Below, piece after piece: positions 12,980-25,761 of a DNA stretch of 64,000 nt. The position numbers and the translations under genes were made by a program. The stretch comes from Rhizodiscina lignyota (Eukaryota), in assembly GCA_010015805.1 (NCBI GenBank), contig ML978128.1, positions 310,001 through 374,000 of the forward strand, given 5' to 3'. The notes under the pieces were generated by a model. That model saw nothing but the letters and a program-made list of their open reading frames with translations. It did not search any database and was not told the origin of the DNA. How positions within the stretch are numbered: the stretch's first letter is position 1; each line of letters opens with the position of its first letter.

Positions 12980-13255
12980 TGGCCAGCAAGCGTTACCAAT
13001 TTACACTCTACTGTAATTTTGCCATTGCTGTGACCAAACTTTGAATATCCGACCTTGAGCTCTTGAATCGTATGACCTCCTGGGTCTGTGACTTCGGAGC
13101 CCATGAACATTGGCCGGCGATCGGGATGACCGCCTATGGCCGCGTCCCAAATCAAAGTTACCTTCGACCATGACAGGTATCGGTGATCCCTTTTCACGAT
13201 AGCAGAATCTTACATATTAACAAGCATATTTTTGGTGACACATTTACGCGGAAAG

Positions 13256-13801
13256 ATGGCCACGCATTTGACTCCTCGGCAACTTACAGAACGGCTCATG
13301 GACTTCTTGAATACCGGTGACGAATCGATCGCGGATGAGATCATTTCTGAGCGCAAGCAGCATCTCGACTGTATTAGAGCGAGCAAACAGCTGAGTCTCA
13401 GCAGACTACAATGAAGTCGATAAAAACACCGTGCCAGGCGCGAAACAGGCAGATGGCATTGCCGGTGTTAAGGAGCAAGTCCGCGTCATGCGCAATGCCT
13501 TTCCAGATGGCCACTGGCAAGTAGAGGAGTATATCGAGCTTCCTGAAGAAGGACGTATCGCGACTAGAGATCGCTGGACTGGGACACATAAAGGAAGTTT
13601 CATGGGTGTTGAAGCTACTGGGCGCAAGATTGATGTCACGGCTATGGCGTATGATTGATATCTCATCATGAAAGTATGGGACTAACCCGAGCTCCCAGAT
13701 TCTCACGCGTGAAAGATTCAAAGATCATTCAGTCTGAAATGATGTTTGACAAACTTGCATTGCTGCAACAACTAGGCGCTCGCATTATAAGCGAAGAATA
13801 G
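13256..13801 (+). CDS. SnoaL-like polyketide/ester cyclase fold protein (NTF2-like)
   Basis: Spliced model: MATHLTPRQL..DEIISE/HYNEV..MRNAFPDGHWQVEE..WTGTHKGSFMGVEATGRKIDVTAMAFSRVKDSKIIQSEMMFDKLALLQQLG. Intron 1 is probably GC-AG (13353-13404); intron 2 is GTATGA..CTAAC..CAG. Confidence 0.85.
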
Positions 13802-14045
13802 TCAAGGCCTTTGAAGTGAGTAGGAATGTTCACACGAATTGAGCAAGAAACAATCAGGTCCCTCGTTTACTATGTGCAAATAAGAGCACATCCAATTGCC
13901 GAGATGGCATCCCATTAGGCCTGCCTACACTGTTACATACTGAGCTCTAATTATATGTGCTTCCCTTCCAGCATTATCGACAGTTAATACAACTATCTTC
14001 AATTCCACAATCCCCCCAAGCTCGTTCACTCAATGATATGGTTAT

Positions 14046-15666
14046 TTAACCAGCCTGGTACAGACCAAGAGCAGCGACATGCGGATTTATCATGCTCAAG
14101 TTGAACGGAGTCAAGAAGATATCAGCGTCCGTCAAAGCAACGAACATGGTGCCGTTGATCGCCGGATCGCCCACATACACCTCACCGGCGGGTTGATATG
14201 TCCAGCCGGAGTTGTCGCCCGTCGTTGTGAGCGGGGTATAAGTCAGATTCAGCTGACTGACCCACGCAACCCACTTTGGCGGGCCAGCGCTCGTAGCGGT
14301 GATGTAGCTGTTGTTCGGGCCGACCGCCTGCCCTGGCGCGTCCCAGTCGAAGTAGACTTGCTTGCCAGGGAAGGAGAGCGGCTCCGACCTATTGTGGGCG
14401 ATCGCCGGACCACAGCCGTAGCCTGTGACGTTGACATGCTGACAGGACTCGTCTTCTGGGATGGTCGAGATGCCCGGGTCCGAGGTACGGTTGCCCGTGA
14501 CTTCGCGTAGAGCAGTGTCGTTCGGCGAGAAGCGGTTGATGTTTGGCTGATTCAATATGTGCAGGGCAGGGAAGTTCTGCCAGGCGAGGCGCGTTTGGTT
14601 CTCTGGGCAAGAGGAGATGTACGGAGCAAGATACGACCAGGCCCAGGATTGAGGAATACCAGTCTCGAACCACACCGGCATCGGGTGCAGGCCGCTCATC
14701 TGGCGGAAGATCATCTGCTGACGCGCCTCTGTAGCGATTGATTGCGCGAGCAGCTGCCCAACCTCTCGGCTGTCGAGGTGATTGATGAAGCCCCATACGC
14801 CTTGAAACCGGATTAGCGCCATCCTGAAATTTCATCTGTGCTGCGGTGTCACTCACCAGATTCGCCATATCTTGTCAGCTTCTGATTAAAGTCCACAAAC
14901 TCCCTGACAGTCTCAAAAGGGTAGTTATATGTACACTGGACTGGTGCTCGAGGGCCGAGCATGTTCGTAAGAAGCGTAGCATGGCCAATTTCTTGATTTC
15001 CCATGAACTCGATCAACGAGCGATCTTCGGCAGCGAGGCCAGCAGCAAGGAAGTCTTCCTCGGAGAACACGGCGAGGCCATTGTAGAAGAGATCCAGCTC
15101 GATCCATTCCTGGTACAGGCCAAGAGCGATGGACTCGAAGTCAAAGTCCGATTCTACCATATAACGCGGTGTCGTGCCATTGGTTCCAAGGCCACCTGTA
15201 ATAACGCTGTCAGCTGAGTCCCGGATAATGATAACTTAGCGAGTCCAAGAAACTCACCGGCTGGCGTGTAAGGAATAGGCATCGGATTCAATGGAACGCC
15301 CTCCGTATTGTAGTATGTAGCCGTAGGATTTGGTGGCAAGACTGGGATAGCGGTTCCCAGAGTAGTCGGTGCCTTGGCTGCTCCCGTTGTTGTCGGTGTT
15401 CCTGAGAAGGGCCCATGACTGGTAGGGCCAGTGAGCTCAGAGCTCACGAGAGGTGGTGCAGCGCCAGACTCTGTTCCGCGTGGAGGCGCGGTCTGGATCG
15501 CTGAGACTTGGGAATCAGGACCAAAGGATGTCGCGACAGAGCCAATTGGCGATGGAGTCTGCGCAAAGGTTGCGTCTGCGTCCGTGTAGCCAGCCACCTG
15601 AGGCGCTGGCGCAGCTGCGACAAGCGCAGTGAAGCAAGCTGATGCCACAAATATCTTGGAATACAT
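14046..15666 (-). CDS. rds1: Rds1-like secreted ferritin-like-domain stress protein
   Basis: Signal peptide MYSKIFVASACFTALVAAAP and S/T/P-rich linker. Motifs SDFDFESIALGLYQEWIELDLF, QEIGHATLL, GESGVWGF, EARQQMIFRQ. Introns 15196-15257 and 14801-14856. Confidence 0.9.
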
Positions 15667-17601
15667 CGTGAGTTTGCTCGTCGCCGATGAGAGGAAGCTT
15701 GGATACACGACAGAAGGAATATATATGACAGCAGCATCTATGTGACGCGACGTTTACATGACGACGCGTGGCGCACCGGAACCGTCGCATTGGAATCCAC
15801 AGACACCATGAGGAGAACTTCGAAAAAGTTTGTAAGAAAGGCGATGGACGTCATGATTCGAAGAGAAAGGAAAGGCTCCACTGCATGGGTCCTTGGAGAA
15901 GAAGCAGAACACTATGCTTGCAGCAAAATCTCCGGTAGCAACGAGGCACGCTGGCGAATCGGGTGTGGCCCCGATAGTAATGGACCAAGACTGTTCTTAC
16001 GTAGAAGACGGCTTCGGGAAGCTGCAGCGGGACTGAGCTTCAAGCTTGCCAATAATTGAGAACGGGACCTATAATGGGACAAGGGTCACCGCGGAGAAAG
16101 CGAGAAAACGGCATCTGCTTGCATTTTCCGGGAACCCGTCCGATCTCGAAGAATCATTCCGGTATTAGGTTTTTGGATCCGCCTTCTGTACATCTGGTAG
16201 ACTTCAAGTGGAGACAAACTTGCAATTTTCAGGAAAACCGAATTGACACCGGCTGCTGACGGAAAATCGCTATATAAGCACAGTGTCCAGACCTTCAGTA
16301 TTGTGGCAGCGGGGAAGAATTTTGGTGGAACATGTAGTCGTGTCGCCATGACGATGTAATCGACTATTAAGTGGAGGAGCCGGTGGAGGAGCGCTAAACC
16401 GCTTTCAGAATTGCCTCCCCAAGAACGCGGGATCCCATGGATAGTGAATTAAGGTAGGAATAAATATTTCTCCACAGTTCGTGACGTATGCAAGAAATAA
16501 TCCGAAATTCTAGGCGTCCAGAATCTTTCGGCAGATGAAACTTCCCTTTCCAGATTCCTGCTTGCAACGTGGGTTCGTCAAGGGTTCCATAGATGTTGAG
16601 ACAAGAGCGGCAACCTGCCAAGGACAATCCATCTGATGGTCGCTCCAGTATATTTCCGAGTTTCTCGATAAATGATATCGAATGTTTAGCAACTCCTCCA
16701 GCTTCAAAGCACTTTGGCCAAGCTTCACGATTCCTTTCCAACGAACATGTCTTGGCAGGACTTTTTATCTCGCTGGACCTATGGCACTACTATGGTCTTA
16801 GACACATCAGCACGCTAGTCAGATATCTGTTCTTGTACTCAGTGAACATCTAAAGGAACTTTGGCATTCAGCTCACAAAAGCCAGGTTGTAACTTTCTCC
16901 ATTTCGGCGCCCACTGCTCAGCATAAGCAGAGAGTTGCGTAGCATTAGTAACTCACATTCACTGCTTAAAATCATACCCATTCTGCCGGTTGATGGAGCC
17001 AAAGAGTTTGAAGGAAATATTCCTATAAGGCAGCTGAACATGTGGCTTCGTTGCAAGTCCGTTCCGTCAGTCTCGAATGAACGAGACAAGAACAGCACCC
17101 ATAACTCGAAGACGAAAGCATTGTTATATAGAGAAAAATGTACGAGGATTGGAGATATCAACTTCGTTATGTTGTACGACGATATTGACAGTGAAAATGC
17201 TGCAAGGTCCGGATGGAATCAAGAAGACGGAAGCTGTAGGATAGAGTGTTGTAGTGCTCCATAGGTGTTTCAAAGGAAGAAGGCCTGAGAGAACTCCAGT
17301 CCTGGCTTTATCTGGAGATATGCAGCATGATGTACTCCGTGGATTCGTGAGATTGGAGAAGAGCAGACTGCGCGCGATGTTCGAGGTGACGCTGTTTAGA
17401 CTGTGATTGGAGCCTTATCAGCACCGGGACCTCAATTCGAGCCGTGCACACGCCCACTGACATGGATGCTAGCTCTTAAAACGCGCCCCGCGATGCTGCC
17501 CCACGTTGCTCCCAAGCTCATGCTGTGCTGCTCTCACCAGCCTTGTCTTTCTGCCTGCTTGCTACCAGATACTTTCGTTGGTTTCTTTTCGCCTCATCAA
17601 G

Positions 17602-18945
17602 ATGTCGACTTCCAATACAGATCTGATCGTGACCGACGGGAAGGGATTTGCGGATTGGAACGAATACCCAGCGCAGCCGCCGATGCAGATGGCGCTATGC
17701 AGCACTGAGCTCTGTGATGAAGAGTCGAACAAGAAAGAGAGGAAGAAGAAAACACAGTTTCGCATGCGCATCCTCTCCAAAATCCAAGAGTATCAATCTC
17801 TGCGCGAACAGCAGAGGAAAGATCTGAAGAAATCTCAGTAAGCCGCCAACACATTCCTCCGCTGTGAGCGTGTTAACCATTACCAGGACGAAGAAGCAGC
17901 AGGCCAAAGATGACAAGATCTTTCGTCTCATGGACTTGCCCAGCGAGATACGAATTCTGGTCTACGAGCAGATTCTCATCAAGCGACCTAACGAGCACAA
18001 CCTTGACGGCGTTGTCGAGATATGTGGAGTGGACTTCTGGGACAGGTAAGTGACTCCATGACACCGCTCAACATATTGTTACTGAAACCAGTCTTTAACA
18101 GGCCGCCTTGCGGAGACTTCCATTTGTGGACACATCCCATACTTCGCGCCAACAGACAGATTCGACAAGAAGCAATGCACGTCTTCTTTACGCAGAACAC
18201 GTTCAAATTCGATACAGAGTTCAACATGAACCTGTTTCTCAACGCCATCGGTGAATCTGGACGCGAACTGATCCGCAGCATCACGCTCGGAAGGCTCCCA
18301 AGGATGTGGCATGGGGACATAACGTACGGAGCACGAGACTGGACCCGCGTCGAGAACTACCTCCGGATGGTCGATCGTCTCCCGAATCTTCGACACCTGC
18401 GCGTCAAGCGGTCTCCCTTCTATTTCGTAGAGCGCTCATTCGATGACGAATCCTGGTTTCCCGAGATCAGAGTTCTCGATATCGACGATGCCCTCAGGTC
18501 TGCGTACATCGGCTTTCTGACTGAGATTCGAGGCCTCAAGACATTCGAGATTGTCTGGGCGAACATCGAGGAGTTCAACGATGAGCAGAGAGCCTTCTTC
18601 GACGCCCTCAACGCTCAGGTGCGAGCGATCGTCACGGGACCAAAGCGCATGAAGCCTCAGCACCACGGCAGATTCATCTACAAGGGCTACGAAGCTGAGT
18701 ACGAGCTGAAGCTCCACCAGCTCTTGCGCTGGTATGCTGCTGAGAAGTGCCCTCGGTTCATACGGCTGGCAGTCCGCCGTCCATCAAACTACTTCTCGAC
18801 GTTCGCGCACGACCCAGAGAAGTACGAGCAGGAGCGTAGGTGGAGTGTTCGTCGGGCGAAGGCCCGTGACTACTGCGAGAACTGGTGGTATTCGGTCAAG
18901 CATCCTTCGACTTGGCCGACGGCGTGGAAGGGCTCAGACCCTTAG
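17602..18945 (+). CDS. Hypothetical protein with F-box-like/2EXR-like motif
   Basis: FRLMDLPSEIRILVYEQIL, then ILRANRQIRQEAMHVFFTQNTFKF. Introns 17838-17886 and from 18046 (GTAAGT); coding-type codon bias. Confidence 0.75.
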
Positions 18946-19644
18946 GTCGTGATATGGTGATGTTGGATAGGGGTGAAACCAGAAGTAGGGGTTGACGACA
19001 CTTGGAATAGAAGTCGCAGCTCAGTCTAATGAAACTTGAAGCTTCCCTTGGACTTTAGAGATGATTAAATGAATGCCATCGTCCACAAAATTCGAAGCTC
19101 GCAATGGAGACGACTCAGTGGAAAGTTGGTCATGTAGCCACGAGTTGTGGCTGTTACCTTGGTGAGTTTTCAGCCACATGCCCGTGCGTTATAGCAGTTC
19201 CTACATTGTCTAGTATCGCTGCACTGGCCAAATCCTGCACCCATACCACGGCCTTAAGCGTGCACTGTCTCGCTGATAGACTTGGCCAGTTTATAGCATG
19301 ATTTCATTAAGCTTGAATAGGGGTTTCTTCCAATTGAGCTCGTTCAAAAGTACGTGTTTACGCATTGCAGAGGCTGCTCAATTCAAACCGCAGTATCGCG
19401 CAAGATCGAAGGTTCCAGGTTGTTGCCGGCTCGACATGACAATCACGCTCCCACACCCTGCCCCGCACTGTGGCGCGGCCGAGAGGTTGCGCAGCGATGC
19501 CCGTATGACGCGCAGCGCCTTACGTCTCCTCCACATGCTTGACTGATTTATTCTCAGGCACCTATCACCATTACCTTGCCGCATCCCATGACCACGCGTC
19601 CTACTTGAACCGCTATTTATTTCTCCCTCCCGCCATCTCCCTTC

Positions 19645-22378
19645 ATGGCATCACCTCAGAGTCCGCCATCACCAAACGCATCATTCTACGCCATGAGTGA
19701 CGACGAAGAAGGAGAATATGATACTATCCGGCATACAAAGACCGGCAAAGGCGTCAAGTTATTGTATTCTAAGAGCAAGGTCAGTAATGATTCAATAATT
19801 AGAACGTGATCCGCCCTTCACTCACTAACAGTAATTATACGATCAGGTCTATGTCCACCCTTCTCCCTCCGCAAAAGACAACATCGCAGGCTTCATAGCC
19901 CTCATCCAGCAAAAGCCCGTTGCCCCTCCCACCGATGTTCGCCCCTCGTCTTCCACGACCGAAGCCCGCCCTCTCTCCTCGTCCTCAACTACCTCCAAGC
20001 ACAGCATAGAAGCCGCCTCCCTCCTCCTCGCCTGGGTCCCGGAGTCCTCTCTCGGCGATGCATTTGATACCTACGTCCGCGTTGACCTCTCAGACTCGTC
20101 CTCTCCTCCCAAACAAACATTCCTCGTTCCGCCGCCACCACTCTCCCGCGCCGGTGATGGTCATGCCAGTGCGGCTGGCACCTACGCGTTCGCCGTCCCC
20201 GTATCTGAGATATACAGCCTCCTGGTGCGCCCTCCCAGCATAGGATGGTGGTTCGGCAGTGTGGTGATCAACACGAGGGCCGGTAGTTCGTTCCCGGCGC
20301 TCTTCTTCCATGATTCTGAGTGCGAGAGCACGATCCTGCAGCGGAAGAAGCTTGCGCGCGAGAGCTTCGATCCGTTTGGTGACAACGGGGGTATGTTTTG
20401 GGGTGGGGATGAAGTGCTGCGATGGCTGAAGAGATATGTGACTGTCGAGCGGTCTGGGGCGGAGCCAAGTATATATCTGATTGAGCCTACTGCTGAGGAT
20501 AAACTGAATTTTGGGGGCAAGCCGACGACTAGCAAGACACAGAAAGATGGTGACGATAAGGCAGATTCATCGAAGGCGCCTGCAGGGAGGAGAGACGGTG
20601 GGATGGACCCGGTCACGAAAGCGCTGAAGGAGGCGAGGTGGAACTTCTTGGAGAAGCTCAGCCAAGTGACTACATTCACCAGAAGGACGGCGCAGGCTGT
20701 GGCAGAAAATCCGAAATTGCCACCTCAAGTGCGGAGACTGATGAAGAATCCGGAGGTGCAAACGCTACAAGACGAGTTCGACAGTGCAAGGTTATACCTG
20801 GCGAGATGGGCGATGGGCATTGCGGAGCAAAGCGAAAGAGAGCGGAATCAACGGATATGGACGGCCAAGGATGTCCTGGAGATGGAGGATAGTGCAGTTG
20901 GAGAATTTGAGATTCTCGAAATGGAGGCTGGCAATATGAGCTTGAGCGACCGGCGAAAACCTGTCACACAGAAAGAGTGGGATGGTTTCTTCGATCCTCA
21001 TACCGGCAGACTGCAGGTCACACCGGACGAAGTCAAGGAGAGGATATTCCACGGCGGTTTAGACCCTAACGATGGCGTGCGGAAGGAGGCTTGGTTATTC
21101 CTATTGGGAGTTTACGAGTGGGATAGCTCGCAAGAAGAGAGACAAGCCAATATGAACAGTCGACGAGATGAATACATTCGACTGAAAGGCGCATGGTGGG
21201 AGAGGATGGCAGACGGCAGTACATCAACGGAGGATGCAGAGTGGTGGAGAGAGCAAAAAGGCCGTATAGGTATATCTGCCCCTCTTCTTTGTCGATAATC
21301 AGACTGACTTGTCCCCATTCTATGGGGTTCGTGCTGTAGAGAAGGACGTTCATCGAACAGATCGCACGATTCCGCTCTTTGCTGGAGAGGACATACCTCA
21401 TCCAGATCCAGACTCACCGTTTGCTGATGTCGGGACTAATGTTCATTTGGAGCAAATGAAGGACATGCTTCTGACATACAACGAGTACAACAAGGACTTA
21501 GGCTATGTTCAGGGCATGAGCGATCTCCTTGCCCCCATATATGCGGTTATGCAGGACGATGCTATCGCGTTCTGGGGATTCGTGAACTTTATGAACCGCA
21601 TGGTAAGCCATTCTCAGTTGACTTATCCTTCTCCAAGGCTAATACATCACAGGAGCGAAATTTCCTCCGTGACCAGTCCGGCATGAGAACTCAACTCCTC
21701 ACTCTCGACCAACTAGTACAGCTCCTTGATCCTCAACTCTACCTCCATCTCCAGAAGGCCGACAGCACCAACTTCTTCTTTTTCTTTCGAATGCTGCTGG
21801 TATGGTACAAGCGCGAGTTCGAGTGGATGGATGTGCTGCGACTATGGGAGTCGCTCTGGACAGACTATCTCAGCTCAAGTTTCCATCTTTTCATCGCGGT
21901 GGCGATATTGGAAAAGCACAGAGATGTCATTATGAACCATCTTCGAGGTTTCGACGAAGTACTGAAATACGGTAAGTGTTTAACGTAGAATTATTTTGGG
22001 ATGCCGGATGCTAACGAGCATGGTGAAGTTAATGAACTCTCCAATACAATCGACCTTCAATCTACGCTCATCCGTGCCGAAGCCCTCTTCCGCCGCTTCC
22101 AGCGAACGGTCGAAGCCATCGACAAGAAGCACAACTTCCCCGCACCAAACGTACGACAACGCAAGCCAGCATCCACGGAGGATACGACCGGTGCAACTCC
22201 ACAAGCTTCCGCGTCTGGCTCCAGCGCTTCTGCGGCTGCTCTACCCACATCACCAGGCTCGCCGGAAGCAGAAAAGGTGCAGGTCATTACTCCAGAGCTC
22301 CGCAAGCTGCTAAGTCGCAAGGTTGAGACTATGGATGGCAGAGAGGTTCAGAAACACGGAGGCGGCGTCGGATCATAA
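19645..22378 (+). CDS. gyp7: Rab GTPase-activating protein Gyp7 (TBC domain)
   Basis: VKLLYSKSKVYVHPSP, FPALFFHDSEC, RKEAWLFLLGVY, IEKDVHRTDR (Arg finger), LGYVQGMSDLL (Gln finger), FFFFRMLLVWYKREF. Four introns. Confidence 0.95.
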
Positions 22379-23079
22379 TTTTTAGGGGTATTATATTACT
22401 TCTCTCGCTCGGATTACGGATTACTGGGTAGGGCTCAGATCGTTATGGCTACAACATCACTGCTGGGTCCTCATTGTCGAATTAGCAAACACGGGAGCTC
22501 CCTTATGGAAATTAAATGTGGAGCTTGACTGTCTTAGTTGAGTGCGGTGTACTCACTCAAGACTGATAAAACATTGGCCGCCGGGCAAACTGTAGCGCTC
22601 AATGGTGAGCCGCAATTTCACTTCAAGGTAAGTGCGACCATTTGTGAAAGTTTGATTATACTTCCATTGGAGTGTGCATAACAGTAGCAGGCCGTTGGAA
22701 AACTTGTACATTTCATTAGCTACACAAACAAGACACTTAAAACCACCGGGGAAGCCGTAACGCCTGAGTGCGAGCAGTTCTTGTCCTTCAAAGTAAGCGA
22801 GACACTCTCTGAATGCTTCATTCTACATACTTTGGGGTACATACACTCATCTCGACACAGTCAAAGCGCTAGTAGGCTGTATTAGCTATGCTGCTATGCA
22901 GGCTAGACACCAATGCCTGCGGGGCAAGTTACGGGCGAAGGGATGGGCGCCCTGACGACCGACAGCGGCAAACACCTCATGGCCGCTAAAGAAGCGGATG
23001 CTAGCTCATCTGCTTCGAGTTGAAGTGTGGTCGCCCATTACCTCTGCCATTCGAGACGTCCAATACATTGGAAGGCCGC

Positions 23080-23340
23080 GCTCCTAAGTGCCACCTTATT
23101 GGCGAGATCGCGCATTTTACTGCGATCCTTCTGGATCTCGTCCATGGCCTTATTGCACTCGTCCAACTAATCTTTATACGCTGTTTGCAGCCGTCTCAGA
23201 TGCCTCTTTGGGCTTCTACCATCTTCTCTTTGAGAGGCGTTAGCCGCTCATCCAAACCGTCATGGCCTTTCTTCCCAGCCTCAATCTTCGTCCACATCTC
23301 CTGGTTCTGCTCATGAAGCATTGCGTGATGGTCTTGTCCT
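23080..23340 (-). pseudogene. Possible decayed coiled-coil gene fragment
   Basis: MLHEQNQEMWTKIEAGKKGHDGLDERLTPLKEKMVEA continues after a frameshift into RRLQTAYKD*LDECNKAMDEIQKDRSKMRDLANK. Composition is protein-like; no family recognised. Confidence 0.3.
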
Positions 23341-25761
23341 CACTTGGGTAACCTCTTCTTCCGATCGGCTTCCAAGGGCTGTGAAGAGATCATCTTTATA
23401 AAGGCTAGACATCAACTGCCAACACTGCCGGGCAGGTTGTAATGCCTAAAGGCGATCGGCTCTTGCAATTCAAGGTAAGCAAGACTATCTCTGAAGGCTT
23501 CGTTCTACATCTTTGAAAAAGTTGTACACTTTACTAGTTGTAGAGCAAGTGAAGGCGTAGGCCGGATGTGTGTGGAGGCTATGTTCAATTATACGCAGAC
23601 TCGCATGATGCAGATGGGGCAACGACGCAATTGAATGAGTACCAGCAAAGGACATACCTACTAACGCCCAAGCTATCGCCAAGACATACGTACAGGAAAG
23701 TGCCAGTAAATTCGTCCAGATGTAGACATGATTAAATGTTACTACCTTCTACACAAGACGAAAGTCGTATCATCGAAATGCTTCCCAGTCAGGCTCGACG
23801 AGTCGACATCTCGTTCTTTCCTTTTTGTTTCCCCTAGTGAACAGCTCCCAAGCACTCTCAATCATCATTCGCGCCTTCTGAAGTCTTGTTAACAGAGCAG
23901 GTTCTTTGTTCTTATCGGCTGAACTCATTTACTCCTTCCCATCACTTTGGCGCTCATCTCCTTGAACAGCTTTGTCTGATGCCGACGAACGGCCGACACC
24001 TTAAGGTGATTAGGAGGCACGGAACGGTACCATAGATGACCAGGCGTCTTCGGCAGTCGTCTGCCTGAGATATCGCTGAACGGAATCAGCGTTGACCTGG
24101 CTATGATCTTCGCCCTGAGGAGAGGCACCTTGTCCGTTCACACTAGACAACGCCGAGGTATCATTGCCTATACGTGGGTGAGTGTCTCTTCTACATCTTT
24201 CAAGTTGAATGTCTCACTTTGAGGCTTCGTATCCCCGTGGGAATATTCTTGCTTGTTTGCTTCGAGAGCAGACTGGGGCTTAAGGGGAGCAAACTGTGCC
24301 CCGATCTGTCTAATGTCGTCTTCACGATTCGTCTGATTCAAAGGATAAGAGTTGCGGCTGATCATAGTGATGGCAAAGGCTGAATTGTATATGAGAAGAA
24401 ATTGTATACACTATAAATTGACTGATGTACAGCTGAACACGGTACTTTTTGAGAGAAGAAATTTAGTGGGGAGAGATATCTCACCGCAAAGTGTGGAATC
24501 GTTGACCATTCATATAGAAACTTCTAATCAATTCATTTGTGAATAGGGGCACGCGAGTATTAACTGGTAGTATCTCAGCGTATTTGCTTCCGGCGGTGAA
24601 TATCCCAAAACGGATTTTCACCCCGAGGCCTTTAACATGATGCCGATGGAGCGGCGAGTTAGTTAAAGCAAAGACCAATAATACCGATCCGTGAGCTGTC
24701 GTATAGGCGCAGTCCCAGACAAACTCCAATAAGGTTGTAGAGAAGCCGCAGGGTTGCCATGGTGGATCTACAGCTTTGGAAACGTGGACAGCTGGTCTGT
24801 CGGAATCCCACCCTTGGTAACAAACAGCTCAGGCGTATCGTAATACATGCTCTAGATCGACGACGGGGTGCATAAAAGATCTTGGAGAGTTGGTTGTAGA
24901 CGTTTGGTGCAGTGGGTGGTTGGTTTGCTCAATTGTAAATGTAGCCATGGTGAAGACTCGATATCGGCGGATTGCAGAAAAAGCTGGAGTATTCATGTTG
25001 GACTTAGTATCGTAAATCATTGGTATCCATGAATGAGAAAGTAATATAGCTTTCCTATCGCATAGAGAAGGTAAGACTGGTGCAATGGCATGTTGTCTGT
25101 GGAAATCTGGTGTAAGATTTGATGTAAGATATTGTGCACATCTGTGGACTGTGCGGAGATATGCTGCACGAACGGTGACGACGGTACGACCATTCCCAAA
25201 GGAGCCTTTCGACGTCCTGCCAAGGCTGCGCAACCCCAGGATACAGCTGACTAGGCCGAAAACAATGAGAGGGTTGGTCGATTTCTCATTGGCCGCTGGC
25301 TAGGCGGGGTGACTGAACCAGACACCAATTATTCTGGGTACCAACGCAGTCTTCATCTAGGTGCGTTTCCCCCTAGAGTCTAGGTGGGTCCACCATTTTT
25401 GAAAACCAGACACCTCAGATGGAAATAGAGGACTACTGTACAAACGCTTGAGAATTTTCATTTCACTAGAGAATGAAAATAAGATATCCATATTAAGATT
25501 TACATAAGACTTGACATTGTGGTAAATTTTCAGATTCTCTTCACGTTTTGCTGAGCTCACCACCAAGGAGGCTGGTGTTCTTAAAGCCGTTTAGTACCGA
25601 CACGAAACAATGCGGCGTATCGCGTTGAACGGAATCATCCGCAGAACTTGACGAGAGCCTCAGCTTCCATGCACTGTAAACCCTTCCTGCCTCCACTGCA
25701 TTACCTGCTACCATTCCGCTTCAACCACTCAAAGTACTAGCAGCAGCACCAAACACCGACA

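Noticed and set aside
12976..13197. 73-aa minus-strand ORF between the hydrolase and SnoaL genes
   Set aside because: GTG start, overlaps terminator and promoter space, no motif.
16394..17264. Short ORFs between rds1 and the F-box-like gene
   Set aside because: No motif and no consistent splice model; a relic cannot be excluded.
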